A model generated the notes under the pieces. The model was not told the origin of the DNA. It made no database searches and was given only the letters and a program-made list of their open reading frames with translations. A DNA stretch of 64,000 nt, taken from the human T2T-CHM13v2.0 reference genome, Homo sapiens. Positions 45,289 through 59,931 of this stretch are shown piece by piece (position 1 is the first letter of the stretch; every line of letters starts with the position of its first letter). A program made the position numbers and the translations under genes. The stretch is taken from the NCBI RefSeq assembly GCF_009914755.1, contig NC_060934.1; one strand, written 5' to 3'.

Positions 45289-47629
45289 GCTGGGTGTGTG
45301 TTGGGGTGGGAGTGGATCCTGACTTAGAAGGGCCTAGAGGAAAACTCTCCCTGTCACCTCCTGACCCTAGCTGGGGCTAGGCTGGAGGAGGACTGGGGAC
45401 ATGGGCCTGTCTGAGGCGCCAGGCGCTGGAGGCTGGAACTAGGCCAGCCCCTCTCCCAGGCTCCCTAGGACCCATTTCAAGTGGTTGCTTCCAGGATGAC
45501 GCAGCCCTGGGGAGGGGGAGCAGGAACAAGGAGCCTGTTTCCAAGCAAAGGTTCAAGGGTTTCCTTTCCTGGGCTCCCGCCCCCTTGCTCAGGGCAGCCA
45601 CCCATTCTGCCCTGTCAGTCATAATGTTTCTTCCTTATCTGAGACCAAAGCCGATGGAGGGACCCAAGTCCCTGTCCCATCTTGAGGTGGTTCTTGTGCT
45701 TGAGTGGGGATAGATGGAGACCCCCAGCACAAGGAACCAGAATCCTCAAGTCTTAAGGTTTTGATCAGTGGGGTGACTGGGAGAGTTAACGTATCATGGC
45801 TCCTCTCTGCTCCTGCCTCGTCCCGTTCCATGGAGCCTTCTTATTCCTGCAAGATCCTGCATCAGGGGCCTCTTGCGGCATTAGAGATGGGGGTGTTCTC
45901 TGGTTTCTAGTCCTCTCAACCCATCAAGGTGGATGTGGATTCAGATCCCGAGGGCTGTCTTGTCATGATCACCACAATTGTCCCTCGCAGCTTCTCTGCG
46001 CTTTAATTCTCCGTCTGTAGGTAATGGAGAGAATGCTGTCTGTGATCTCTGCCTCCTCTGCCTCAGGATGGGGCAAGGTGGGTTGCTGGGGAAAAAGAGA
46101 GGAGAGATCTTTTCAGGCAAATCACATAGAACACCTGTTTCTAAACCTGTTGATCCTTCCGTGCCTCAGTTTCTGTGTCTGTAAATTGGGAGAAATCACA
46201 CCTACTTCCTTGGGTTGTTGTGATGCCCAAGTGAGATGGCAGAGGGGGCCTAGCTCTGTGTCTGGCACATTGTGGTGCTGAATAAATATTTGAAACAATC
46301 AGCCAGAGTGGGGAAGTGCCTGGGGTGTGGTGAGGGTGTGGGCTTCAGGGAAGAGGCTCTCCTTCCTCGCCCTCAGTCTTCTCACCTCCCAGCTCTCTGA
46401 TCTCTCACTGTGACAAGTCCAGGCAGAGGCCCTCAACATGAGCACCCCAGCTCTGAAGATTGCTTGGACGAGGCTGGAGAATGCTGGCGCGCTAGATAGG
46501 GTTGCGTTTGAGGGATGTGTATCTCCACATCCTTGATTTGAGACAGGGGCTATTTGGACATCAGCCAGGCTTTGTGTATATGTGAGTGTGTGTGTCTGCG
46601 TGTGCACATGTGTGCATGTGTGTGGATGTGTGTGTGGGTGAGTGGGCTCAATGGCTGGCACCAAAATACTTGCTGATTAATCTTTGTCTTCCGAGCGCCC
46701 AGCCCTAGTCCCCGGGAAGCTCCAGGGCCTGAGCTGGTGTCCAGTGGGCCTGAGGGGGCAGAATCAGGCCCAGGAAGATGGATTTCCCTGTCCCCTCAGG
46801 CCGCACCCAGCAGGGAAGCAGGGAAGACTGCTTCATTTTGTTTAATGGGATACTGGGGGGGACAGTAGTCATGGGGCATTAACTGCTAATTGGGTCCATA
46901 ATAAAGTTAATAAAGCTCTTATGGTCTTTGCCATTAAGTGTAATTAAGGGGGTGCTCTGTGGCGAGGAGGGGGTTGTTCGCGGGGAACGGGTAGTGGGCT
47001 CTCACTGGCAGGAGCAGCTGATGGGGAAGCTGGCAACCATGCCAAGGCCAGAAGCTGCACTGGCTTCTGGCACCACCCACCCCTGGCTGGGCTCCCGCGC
47101 AGCTCCTCTGGGGATTGGAGGTGGTGAAGTGGACAGGAAGGGAAAGGGTTTACTCTGTGCTGTTCATAGAAGTCCAGGGGGAAAATCATTAACTTCAGCC
47201 CCAATGCCCACACCCTTGAAGAGGCTCAGAACATGGAAGAAATGTCATCTTCAAGGAGAGATGGCACGGACAATCTCTGAGCTTTAGGGCATGGCTTGAC
47301 TTGTGTGTGCTGAATGACTGGGGACGTTGCATAACCACTCTCAGCCTCGGTTTCACCTTCTGTAACATGAGGATAAAAACAGCATGGTTAGGAGGGTTCC
47401 AGAGCTATGTAGTGGGAGACAGCTAGATGAGTGACTGTCGTGCTGTTATTCTTTTTGTGAGCTCTTGTTTGTTTTGTAATAACACAAGAATGTTTGATGA
47501 AGCCTTCTTGTATATACAGAAGCACAGAGTGACCCTCTCATCCCTCTGTCATCGATGTGGTTGTTATTTTTCCAGAGTTTTGGGGATATATTTATATAAT
47601 ATATGTGTACATGCAGAAACACATAGTTT

Positions 47630-47969
47630 TCTTTCTTTTTTTTTCTTTTTTCGTTTTCTTTCTTTCTTTCTTTTTTCTTTTTTTTGAGACAGGGTATCAC
47701 TCCATCACCTAGGGTGGAGTGCAGTGGCGTGATTATGGCTTACAGCAGTCTCAAATTCCAGGGCTCAGGCAATCCTCCCACCTTAGCCTCCCGAGTAGAT
47801 GGGACCACACGTGTGTACCACCAAAACCAGCTAACTTTTACATTTTTTGTAGAGATGGGGGTCTCCCTATGTTGCCCAGGATGGTGTCAAACTCCCAGGC
47901 TCAAGCAAGCCTTCTGCCTCGGGCTCCCAAAGTGCTGGGATTACAGGTGTGAGCCACTGCGCCCAGCCT
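47630..47969 (-). mobile_element. AluJ within an old L1M fragment (~47500-48250)
   Basis: Dimer with L1M-like flanks. Confidence 0.85.
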
Positions 47970-50900
47970 ACATTGTTTTCTTGGATGGCTGTATGATATT
48001 CCATCATATGGCTACGTTTTAATCATGTTGCTTGTGCCCCAGATGGAAACCTAGACTGTTTCTAGTCTTTAGCTCTTACAGTACTGCAAAAATACCTTGA
48101 TATATTTCTCTGAGCACAAGTGCAGGACATATATAGACAAATTCCTCGAAGCGGAATTGTTGGGTCAACTGACATGTTCATTGAACATTTTTGATAGATA
48201 TTGCCAGACTGCACATGAAGATGATTGCACTGTCTACCCCCAGTGTCAAACCGGCAGAGGGGCTGCCTCCCAGGTGCTCAGCTCAGCCACCTCAGTTGCT
48301 CTCAGACACACTCCTGGACAGCTCCCGGGATGGGGGAGTCCCAAGGAGAGCACGCAGGACAGGGAGCGCAGCTTCCCCTGGGAGGGGTGGGACAGGAGGG
48401 ACAGGAGCCAGCCCTCCCCTCTAAGCCTGAGAAAGCCACTAGGTAAACTCGGTTGTCAGAAGGGAGGGAGAGTTTCAGTCAGGGTCAGGGGTTAATGCGA
48501 TGGAGCTACTGGGACACACTGTGCAAACAAAACAAGTTAGGGGAGGGGAGGGGCCGGCCCTCTGGCCACAGGGAGGGAGATGGGCCAGTCAGCCTGCACT
48601 TGGCTCTTCCCTGGGTAGCTGCCATCGTGGGCACAGGTTCTGGGCTGTTGAGGACCTTGTGGCCAGGCTGCTGGGCTCTAAGGCCAAGAGGGCAGCATTC
48701 TCCTTCTGAAGGCCGCCCCCCAGAGCTGGCACGGTAGGCCTGCTGAGCTGCCTTGCCCACCTTCAGGGCCCCTCCACAGGTAATCCCCCTGGAGCCCTGT
48801 CTGGGAGGCTTTGGACGGTATTAGAGGTGAGCCGGGTGGCAGGCCCTGGAGCCAGGCCCAGCTTTTAGAGCATTCCTGAGCATTAGGCTCCCTGTCCCAG
48901 CCCAGCCTTGCCCTCACCCCATGGAGCCCCTGGGGCTTCTCTGCTTCAGCTGCTGCTGGCCTAATTACAGGTGTCCATGTCAGGGTCAGCAGTGGAGTTA
49001 ATTCGGGGCTTGTCTTGGGGTGGCCGGGGCTCATTAATGGAGTCCCAAAGAGCCTAGGGATGAGCCAGGCAAACAGGGGATTAGGGGCTGAGGAAGACTG
49101 CTGTGGGGGAAGGCTGGCTAGGCAGGGCTGTGAGCTGGGCCCCGGGGAGGGGGTCAGCTTCAAGCCTGTGTGTTCACCCACCCACCCACACAGGCCCTCA
49201 TGAGACCCAGCAGTGCTCAGACACGCAGACACACACAGCCACGGGCCAGACACTCTTCAGAGACACATATGGACTCTCATACACAGGCTCACACACACAG
49301 ACACACACCATTGGACTTAGAACTGCTCCCTGAGAAGCCTTGAGGTGTGCAGGAGGGGTGGGGGAGATGAACCAGAGATTTCCCTCTTCAGCCAGAAACT
49401 CTGGCCTGCCCCTGCCAGCCCCCTCCTGTGCCCTCTCCCACCCTGGCCAGGGCATTGAGCTTCCCTTCTCCCTTTCCTTCAGCATGTCCTCCCACCATGG
49501 ACTGGAATTCCGAAGCACTGGTCTGTGGGTAGAATGAAAGAGCCGGCTCCCAGCCAGGATGCAGGGAGGCGGGGGTGGTTTCTCCACACCCCTCAGTCCA
49601 GCCTGGCCTAGAGGGTCCCTGAGCCCAGCTGTCAGCCCACCTCCCCCATACCAACCCTGTGCCTCATGACAGCCCTGGGGTTCTGTGGGGAGGCAGAGCC
49701 ACACTGCACAGAGGTCACCAAAGAGAAGGAGGAGGAGGAAGACAAGAAAGGAGCTGACAGGAGCCAGGGTTGGGGCGGGGGCTGGGCAGGGGGAAATCGC
49801 TTAACCCCGAAGCCGCCACTAGTCTTTGGAGCCCCTGCATTGACGGGGGCCAGCTGGAGCTGGCTGAGGACAAGGGGCCCAAGTGTGGGAATCCAGGGAG
49901 GAGGCCTCCCCGGGCTTCCTGGATCAGCTGGGAAGAGAGACCCCAGAGCCTTCTTCTCCAGCCCGCCCTCCTGCCGCCATCCCTCCCTAGAGTGTGGAGA
50001 CAGGCCCCGGCTCCCTGGCTCTGTTGCCAGTGGGGGAATTTTTCCAGCATTGACCTCACCCCGACCCCACCCCAGGCTGGCTGGCTGATGTTCCTGCACT
50101 CCTAGCAGCGTGGCCATGGCAGCACAGGGCAGGCAGGGGATTCAGAAACCCAACCCTTGACTCTGGAAGAGTCAGGTTTTCCCAAGGATACCTCCTTCCA
50201 CCTGTGCCCACTTACCAAGGCACCTCCTTGACTAGTATTTAGAAGTGACCCCAGGGATAAAGTGACTCCCATTACAGAAACAGCCACTGCTCCATCCCAC
50301 TAACTTCACCTGCTCATCAGTAAAGGTGCCCACGGGTCAGACTGCCACCTGTCATCACCTCACTCTTGGTCCTAGGCATCAAGCCTTCCCTTCTGGGCCC
50401 CCAGTGTCCCCCATGCCATCCCAGGACCCCACACACACTCCAGGCCCATAATTGAATATAAAGGCCCAGAAGCTAGTGCAAACAGTGGCATTAATCACCA
50501 GCAACCTGGCAGCCTCCTGCCATAGATCTTTTCCACGCGTAGAATAGCTCATGTTAATCACTGCCGCTGATTTATTGTCTTCTCCGCCTTGTACATAAAT
50601 TATTCACTGTGGCTGGGCTGCGAAGGAATCCTGTAATGAGGCCTTCCATCCTCCCATCTCCAAGGTGAATCCTCAGACCTCCGGGTCCACCTAGTTGTGT
50701 TCACTGGTGGGTCAAGGCATGGAGCCACAGGCATGGGATTGAGAGGATGATAGGGAGTGGGGACCCCCATGCAAGAATATCTGTCCCCCCAGGAGCATAT
50801 ATAGGACCTCTTCAGCTCCAGGAAACAGGGCTGCGGCCTCGCCTCTCCAGCTCTGGACAGGAGAGACAGGGCAGAATGGGGCGGAGGAGGCTGTTGGGTG

Positions 50901-51168
50901 GCCCCAGGGCTTCCTAAGGCTCCGGGAGAGTAAAGCCTTCCAGCCTTTACCTGGAAGTTCCTGCTCACCACCTGAGAGACTCTCCCGCCAATCAAGGCCA
51001 ACTCTTGGGAGTTCCCCATCACCGGAAGCAGGATGTGGGCGTGTCCACGGGGGCAGAAGACCTGCCTCTCCCAGCTCCCTGTCCTACCCTGGGGTCTGTG
51101 CTGCTCTCTGGCCACACCTCTGAAATGGCCTCAGCCTCAGGAAAAGGTGGTGGCAGTAGTTATGGCAA

Positions 51169-51186
51169 TGGCCACCAGATGGCAGC
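51169..51186 (+). promoter_or_regulatory. CTCF motif TGGCCACCAGATGGCAGC
   Basis: Near-perfect match to the extended CTCF consensus. Confidence 0.7.
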
Positions 51187-53760
51187 CCTCATACCCAGGA
51201 CAGTAGCTCAGGGAGGTGGGAGGCTGCATTTGGGTAAGGAAATGCCTTTGGGAAGGTGGGAATCCGCCAGCGGAGGGTGATGGGGAGTGGGTGGAGAGGG
51301 GGTCTTGCTGACAGGGAGAGCTCTTAGCCTCAGGGGACCAAAGTACAGGACCCACTTCACACATCAAACCACTCATGGTGACATCCTCAAATGGGATGGT
51401 CTCAGGAGAGGAAATTGGGGCCCAGGTGTATGTGGGCAAGTGGGACCCCAGAGGGTGTGGGTGCTGCCAGATGGACTTCCCTGGCCCTGGCCCAACACCC
51501 CTGCAGCCTGACTTTCAGGCTGTCCTTCCCAGGCTCTGATCCATTGCATCCCAACCCCTCTCTCTTGGCTGGGGCACTCTCGGAGGCAGCCAAGACAGGA
51601 GCTACTGTGTACTGTGGTCAGCTGGGGGCCAGCAAGCCCCGCCCTCAGGATCTGTTTCACTGCACACATGCAGCACTGTGAGTTGCTTAGACCCAGTCCA
51701 TCAAGAACACCTGTCCCCGCACAGGCCCACTGTCTCCTCCCACTCCTGTATGTAGAGTGGAGAGCTGCTCAGAGATACAAATGGGTCCTAAGATTCAGGA
51801 GACTTGTGGCTGCAACACTGGGCTTGCCAGAGTGCCCCTCCAGCCCTTCACCCCTCCACAACCCCCTCCCCACACACCTTACATCACCTACTGAGGCAGG
51901 GCGGAGCCTGCACTGGGATGGTGTAGAGGATGCAGAGTATTTGCCTTGTTACCCAGCCAGTGAGCTGCTTTCCAGCAAAGATGCGGGCTCCGGTCCTTTA
52001 AATACCTTGAGCCTAGAGGGCAAAGCTGGCAGAACAAGGCTCTGAAGGCCTCCTTTTGCCCCAGCTGCCTAGATGGGAGTCCTAGGAAAACATCTGGAAC
52101 TCTGTGTCTCCTTGGCAGTTCTTGCCTAGGTGTCCTTGCTGTACATCCCACCGCTAAGCTCTCTGGAGATATCCGCTGGGATTCTGGAGTGCCCCTCCCA
52201 GACCCCAACAGGCCCTCTGGGTTCTGATGGGAACTCCCAACCCCAGGCAGGGCCCTATCTCCTGAAGGCAAGGTCAAGACATTCCCATCAATGAAGACCA
52301 GTGTTTCCCCAAGTGCAAGTCCTGTGCCTACTTCAGACCTACTGAGCTGGAAACTGTGGGGAAGAGGTCCAGATAACTGAATTGTTACCAAGCTTCCTAA
52401 AGCCTGAGAACCTCTGTACGAGACACTTCCTTAGAGCCAGGCTCATGCCCTCGTTAGATCAGCTTCCTGAGGGCAGCCCCAGACCAGGATGGGTGAGTTG
52501 TGAGGTTTTTCTAGTTGGCCTCCGAGTATTGACTTCCCTGCCACCACCGCCCTGGAAGTGGGCACACCTTTGGCCTCCTCACTGTCCTCCTGCCTGGTCC
52601 CCTTCCCTTCCCGCCAGCCCTCTGGCCCTTCCCAGCCAGCTTGCCTGGCTTCCTGGACCTGCTGTCTTCATGTCTGTCTTCACATCTGTTCCAAGGCTGC
52701 CCCAGCCCCGCTTGTTTATCCTTCAGGGGGTCCAAGTGGGTGTTTCAACTTCAATTATGCTCTGACTACAGCCACCACAGATACCAAAACAAACGTCCTG
52801 GGCGTCAGAGGTGGTGGAGGCTCAGACAGGCTGGTGCCAGGGGGCCTGATAAAGGGGGGTCTGCTTGGGCTTGGAGGTGATGAGAGCTGCTCCTAGTGAT
52901 AGGGCCCTGGGGAGCAGGGGCTCGTGGGTAACTGGCCTCCTCAGGTAGGCCCAGGCCACAGAGGGGACAGTGTCTTGGTCTTAGTACCTCTCTCTCTGTC
53001 TCCCAGCTTCTCTCCAGTCTCATGTAACAGAAGCCTTTTTTTTTTTTTTCAGTGGGGACGTGACTTGTAAAAGCCTTCCTTCTTCCCAGCTGCTGGCTAA
53101 GTCTGGCCTCACCTCCAGAGGACAAAGATCTTGACTCCTCAACCCAGGCCGGCCTATTGAGATCTTTTTAAATCCCCTCTCAGACCTTGTGGTCAGTGTC
53201 TGAGGATGGTAGCAGAAGTCAGGGATCCTGGACCCAGCTCTGTTGGATTGTCCCTGTGACTTGGAGTGTGGTCTTTGCACAAGCTGTGCTTTGGTTTCCC
53301 CTCTCTAGGTCAATTAGCAGAACACATTTCCCAGTCTGATTGCCCACAAGGGAGAAAAATTCAAACCTTCCAGGCTCCCTGGAGTCCCTGGAGAATACAA
53401 CGAGGTGTCTCAGGGAGCAATGGGAAGCAGGACGTGGTGCCTGCTAATGAGTGGGCCCTGATTTCCGTCTGGAGCATCAGAGGATGGAATGCCAGGCATC
53501 CATGACTAGAGAGAGGCCCCAGCTCCCATTGATCTCTGTGGCAGGAACCAGGAGACCCAGCAGAGGCCATGCTCAGCAGCCCCTCCAGCTGCGCTTCTCC
53601 TTAGTGGGAAGGAGCCCTCTTACTCACTGCACCCTCTCTGAATTCTCCCCCAGTACCTGCTTTTGCCCCTACCCTTGCCTTCTGCTTTTCCCAAATGGCC
53701 ACCTCAGCTTATCTGCCCATTGGCTGATCTCTGCAATGATCACATCTGGGAACACCTTTA

Positions 53761-54244
<484 letters not shown>

Positions 54245-54304
<60 letters not shown>
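54245..54304. repeat. Perfect (TA)~30 microsatellite
   Basis: Read directly; replaces the Alu tail. Confidence 0.95.
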
Positions 54305-54307
<3 letters not shown>

Positions 54308-54329
54308 GATAATAGCAAGGAAAACAAAA

Positions 54330-54540
54330 AACAGCTCCTATTTATCGAACACTTCCCATGTGATGTGCCAGATGCTTTTGCGATTTGATCTTTCTGTCCT
54401 ACAAGGCAGACGGATATAACAGCCCCACTTTATAGATGAGGGAGCTGAGAGGTTAAGTAAATGTTCCAAAGCTGCACTAGCTCCACTAGCAAGTGGCAGA
54501 ACTGGATTCAAACCCAATTAGTTCTGACTTCTGAGCCCAA
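54330..54540. mobile_element. MIR
   Basis: cccactttatagatgagggagctgagaggttaagtaa...ggattcaaaccca core. Confidence 0.75.
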
Positions 54541-56105
54541 GGTTTTTGCTCCAGGCTTCGGATGTGCTGTAGAGAGCGGGGTTTACTTTGTGTTGGCTCC
54601 ATCAGCCCCTTGAAAGCTCAGGGTCATGGCTTCTGTAGGGGGCTCTCTCTCTTTAGTACTCAGGGTTGAAGAGACCCTTGGGCCACTCAGGGGGCCCCAG
54701 AGTCCTGCTGGAGACCCAGGGAAGCTGTCTCAGTCCCAAATGAACCTGGTCATGTGTCAGCTCCCTGTCCACACGGCTGAGGGCAAACTTTCTCAGAGCT
54801 CAGCTCTGGCTCTGCTGCAGGATGTGAGTTGGGGGGTTCTGGTTCTCTGAGTTCTCGAGGAGGGTCTGGATGAGGGTGGGGTTTCTATTCTGATCTCTGT
54901 TCTGGTTCCTCTTACTCATTCAACCCTGGCTGCTGCCCAAACACAGGCAGCCTCTGCCCTGGGGCTGGAGCCACAATGTGGCAGGTGGAGGGATGGGAGG
55001 TGGACTATTGGAGCCAGACAGCTGCTTCCTATCCCTGCCATGCACATGCACACACACAGTGAGGAAGGGGCAGGGCACGTGAGCTCTGGAAGGAGGGAGG
55101 GCCACCAGGGGCTCATTAGGGTGAGTATGGGCACATTTGTGTCTTTGTGAGTGTGCACGCTGGAGATTGGGAGTGTGCTCGTCTGTGGCTGTGTGTGGGT
55201 GTGTGCCTGTGAGGTGGGGTCCAGGCTGAGTATGAGAGTGTAAACATGTGGGTCTTTGAAATAATGAGTATGACAGAGCAGTGCACTAGTGTGACCATGT
55301 GGGGTGTGACTGCTTACAAGTGTATGATTGTGTGAGCGCACAAACACGCATGGGAAAGACAGTTGCTGTCTCTTAGAGGAAAAATCCCAGAACTCCAACG
55401 GCCAACGTCTGCTCTGCTGTTGACCAGCTCTGTGGCTTTGAGCACATGACTTCTCTGAGTCTACATGTCGCTACCTGCAAATGGGGAGGAAACTGTCTCA
55501 CAGGGTAATCATGAGGACGAGGTGCAGGTGTGGGTGGAGCACTTTGTCATCTGTCAAATGTAGGTCCCTGGGAAGGTCAATAAGCAATCTCCATCCTCTG
55601 CCTCTCTCCCCCACTTGCACCCCCACAACATGCTCAGGCCCCAGCCAAGTGCCAAGCTGGGGTGGGTGGTGTCCCAGAGCTGCAGGCTACATGGCCAGAG
55701 GTCCAGGCTCAGGAGGACTGGTTAGGGATGGTGAGAGTGAGCAGGTGTGGTGCCATACCTGTCTACTCCAGCTTCACATGTTTGACCCAAGGCTGCCCTG
55801 CCCCACCGGCACCAGCCCATCAGCACTCATTATTCTCCTCTGGATCTGAGGGGATTCTCCTCTATCTCACCCCAGCCCAGCATGCTGTGGCTTCTGCTGC
55901 CTCCTCCCTCTGGGGAGGTGAAGGCCCCCCCAGTAGGAGGCTCTCACTTCAGGTTCCCCTTCTGACCTTCTGAAGGCCATTCCCCACTAAGATCCCAGGG
56001 TCTTCAGCCCTGTTTCACTTCCATTCCCAGCCTCCCCTGAGCTTCCTCAAATGATTCTGGGGCACCTAGTCCATGCACCTACATTTGGAAATCATCTACT
56101 TAGCA

Positions 56106-56611
56106 CAGTGGTTCTCAACCGTGGCTGCACATCAGACAGGAATCACCCAGGGAAGACTTGAAAGATCCTGATGCTGAGGCTGCCCCCAGACCAGAATTTC
56201 TGGGTTGGTACTCAGGCATTATTACAGGTTTAGGCACGGAATGGTGGGTCATGCCTGTAATCCCAACACTTTGGGAGGCCAAGGCAGGAGGACTACTTGA
56301 GGCCAGGAGTTCAAGACCAGCCTGGGCAACATGGCGAGACCGCCTCTCTACCTAAAAAAGAAAAAAAGAAAAAAAGAAAAAAGAAAAAAAAATTGTTGGG
56401 CATGGTGGTGCACACCAGCAGTCCTAGCTACTTGGGAGGCTGAGGCAGGAGATTACTTGAGCCCAAGAGTTTGAGGCTACCGTTAGCTATAATCACGCCA
56501 CTGCACTCCAGATAGTCTCTAAAAAAGCAAATAAAATGACAAAATAAAATAAATATAGGTTTAAAGCTCTCCCAGGTGATTCTAATGTGCAGCCAAGCTT
56601 GAGAACCACTG
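56106..56611. mobile_element. MER5A-like hAT MITE interrupted by an AluJ (56232-56545)
   Basis: Perfect 13-bp TIRs CAGTGGTTCTCAA (56106-56118) and TTGAGAACCACTG (56599-56611). Confidence 0.8.
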
Positions 56612-56614
56612 CTG

Positions 56615-56930
56615 ATGTTTCCCAAGCATCCTTGCTGAGAAGAATCACTTGGGACGCTTCAAGTATTGAAGTGTATTCAGGTATTGAAATGTATTGTGTT
56701 AAATACACAGCTTCCCAGGCTCCCTCCCCTGGAAATTGTCATTGGGTGAGTCTAAGATAGGGCCCTGTAATTTGCATTTTTAATAAATACCACAGATGAT
56801 TCTAATTATTAGGGAATTTTGGAGCTACTAGCCTAGAGCTGTGTTTCTCAAACTTTAATGCGCATCCAAATCACGAGGGGATCTTGTTAAAATGCAGATT
56901 CCGGTTGACTAGTTCTGGGGTGAGAGCCTG
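56615..56930. mobile_element. Further MER5-family MITE copies/fragments
   Basis: gggccctgtaatttgcatttttaataaat...gatgattctaat; gtttctcaaactttaatg...gatcttgttaaaatgcagattcc. Confidence 0.65.
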
Positions 56931-56989
56931 AGGAGTTATAGAAGTTCTGGCCAATCGGAGCATAAATTAAGAGATGGTGAATAATAAGA

Positions 56990-57370
56990 CAAGACCAGAG
57001 AAGAAGGCAGGGACCTTATAAACTGTGACAAGGAGCTCAAACTTGATGCCATGGCAATGAGGAGCCACCAGAGGGTTTTAAACAGAGGGAAAGCTTGTTC
57101 AGATACATATTTTAGAAAGATGTATTATTGTGGCCATGTGGGAGATGATGGATCATGCATCAGAGGATCAGACATCAGCCAGGAGGCTGTTGCCACATTC
57201 CAGGTGAAAGGTGGTGGCCTGGGCTAATGAGGTGGGTGCAGAGGGAGAGAAGTTAGTAGTCTTGTGGAAGACTCAGTGATCAGTTGGGTGGAGGCTGAGG
57301 GGGAAGATGAGGGAGGCTCCAGAGTAACCCCTGAGCTGGCTACTGACTTGGCAACTGGTGAAGAGGCGTG
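56990..57370. mobile_element. L2 fragment
   Basis: ggcaatgaggagccaccagagggttttaaacag...ttttagaaagat...aggaggctgttgc pattern. Confidence 0.65.
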
Positions 57371-58177
57371 CCCATCTTGGTTGGCTCTGAAGCTTCCTTC
57401 CACATCTACTGACTCTATGGTCTGATCATTGTTTGGCTTAGCTTCTTGTGGGACCAGGGTGGGAGAGAGGCTACAGGAAGCTGCCTGAAATGCGTTATGG
57501 AACTGGTGCCTTGGAGAGCCCTTCTCCTTGACTTTGAGTGACTCTGGAGGCTCCCTGTCAGCAGTTGCCAAGGCTTAGAGGCTGCTTTGGGGATTCGGTC
57601 TTCTGCATACCTTGGCTCTCCATTTTTTTCCTCTCTGGCTCCCTTCCAGAGAAGGAAGCCCAGATGAAGAGAAATCTGCATCCAAATGGCACCCTTGCTC
57701 TTGGATCCCATCTGGTGACTCTCCTTGTGAACCCTAAGTGCCCCCTAAAGACCTCCCGCAGGCCATTTCTCCTGACATCTCTGCTTGGCACACCAGTCCC
57801 ATCCTGACCTTGACCACAGACCCCTCCCCACATTGAGCTCTGTCTACCCACTCCAAGGACACTTGGCCTGTTCTCCTGTTTGGGGACCTTATTTTTCCCT
57901 TTTGTCAGCTAAATGTTGGCTCAGAATCCCCTAACCAAGTAACTGCTTTGCAGTTCCCAGGCTGCTCTGTCACATCTCTCTCTGGTATAGCTCTTTCTAC
58001 GGTGCAAGTGTGCAGTAAGACTGAGATTCAAGTCACACTCACTAGGCTGGGAGGGCCATTCTGTAATCAATTGCCATCATCTTGAGCATCTGGTGAGAGC
58101 TAATAGTATGTTGGGCACCAAACTAAGGACTTTATATGTATTATCTCAGTGTATGTTCACATCTCCAAGAGATAGAT

Positions 58178-58428
58178 TGTGCAGTGGTGCGATCTCGGCT
58201 CACCCGCAACCTCCCCCTCCCAGGCTCAAGCCATTCTCCTGCTCAGCCTCCTGAGAAGCTGGGATTACAGGCACACTCCACTACTGCCTGGCTAATTTTT
58301 GTATTTTTAATAGAGATGGGGTTTCGCTATGTTGGCCAGGATGATCTCAAACTCCTGACCTCAAATGATCTACCTGCCCCAGCCTCCCAAAGTGCTGGGA
58401 TTCCAGGCGTGAGCCACTGTGACTGGCC
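58178..58428 (-). mobile_element. 3'-truncated (tail-less) AluS inserted in a MIR (~58090-58560)
   Basis: Alu starts at tgtgcagtgg with no poly-T; the MIR resumes on both sides. Confidence 0.82.
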
Positions 58429-59639
58429 AGGTTCTCCTATTCTTATTTTACAGATGAAGAAATAGGCAAAGATGTTAAATAACTTGCCCAAGGTCACTCA
58501 GCTAGGAATTGGGACTGGAGCCTCGTGCATCTTCACCACTGAACTGCACTGCCTGTCATAGTCCTCATCAGCAACCAAGGCTCAGTTAAGTCCTCTGCCT
58601 AGGATCAGCCTCACTGGATTTTTCCCAGAGAAAATGTCAGGCCAGGGCTAAGGCTCATACCCAGAAAGCTGAGGGAGGGAGCAGATGGTAACCCCAGGGG
58701 GATTTTGCCACAGTGGAGTTAGGGATAGGAGGTCAAAAGGACTGCAGTTGAGTCTTGCTCTGCCTCTTGTTATCTGAGTGAACGTGGCCAAGTCTGACCT
58801 CTCTGAACTTCAGTTTCCTCATCTGTGACATGGGGATGGCAGTAGAAGCTACCTCTCAGAGGTTATGAGGAACAAATGAGGAAATGTGCAAGGCAGGATT
58901 GTATCAACTGCAAAGAGCTGCCTGATGTAAGTGACTGTTAGTGCCAGCAGTCACTCAATATTTATCATGAATTACTAGGACCGAATCCAGGTGCTGTGAG
59001 TACAGCCATGAGCCCCTGGGCCTGGACTTGTCCCTAAGATGACAAATTGCAAGTCAAACAAGAATACAGTCACCTTGCCACTCTCCGCCTTCCATGGGCC
59101 TTTTGTGATCTTTCTGAAGCTATGACTTGGGCCCTGGCCATCTTTCCTTACCTGTGTAAACTGAAGGTCTTTAGCCCTCTAACAGTCTAGACAGCCCCCA
59201 ATTTTAACATTCCAGGGGTGGAATGGGAGGCGGGTCCTTGTGACATTTGCTAAAGCAGAATTGCTGCCAAAAAGGGGCCTCTTTCTTCATGCAATGAATA
59301 AAAATCTTAGTGCCTCGTGTTTGTGTATGTCAAGACTCACTGCTGAAACTTTTGTTAATTCATTTATTCAAATGAACCACATTTATTTAAATTTACTTTA
59401 AATTTCAAAAGTAAACTAAAAATGCATTCTTGTTGTAAGAAATACAGATGAAATAATCCTTCCAATTCCAGAATCATCTGCAGAGGTCACTGCTGTGGTC
59501 AATTCACTGTGTATCCTTCTAGATCATTTCCTACGCATTTACCTACATGTATATATTATTCAAGGAGAAACATACGATTTTTTTGTTGGGTTTTTACCTT
59601 TGTACCTGAGTATTTTTGTTTTTCTGCAATTTGCTTTTC

Positions 59640-59931
<292 letters not shown>

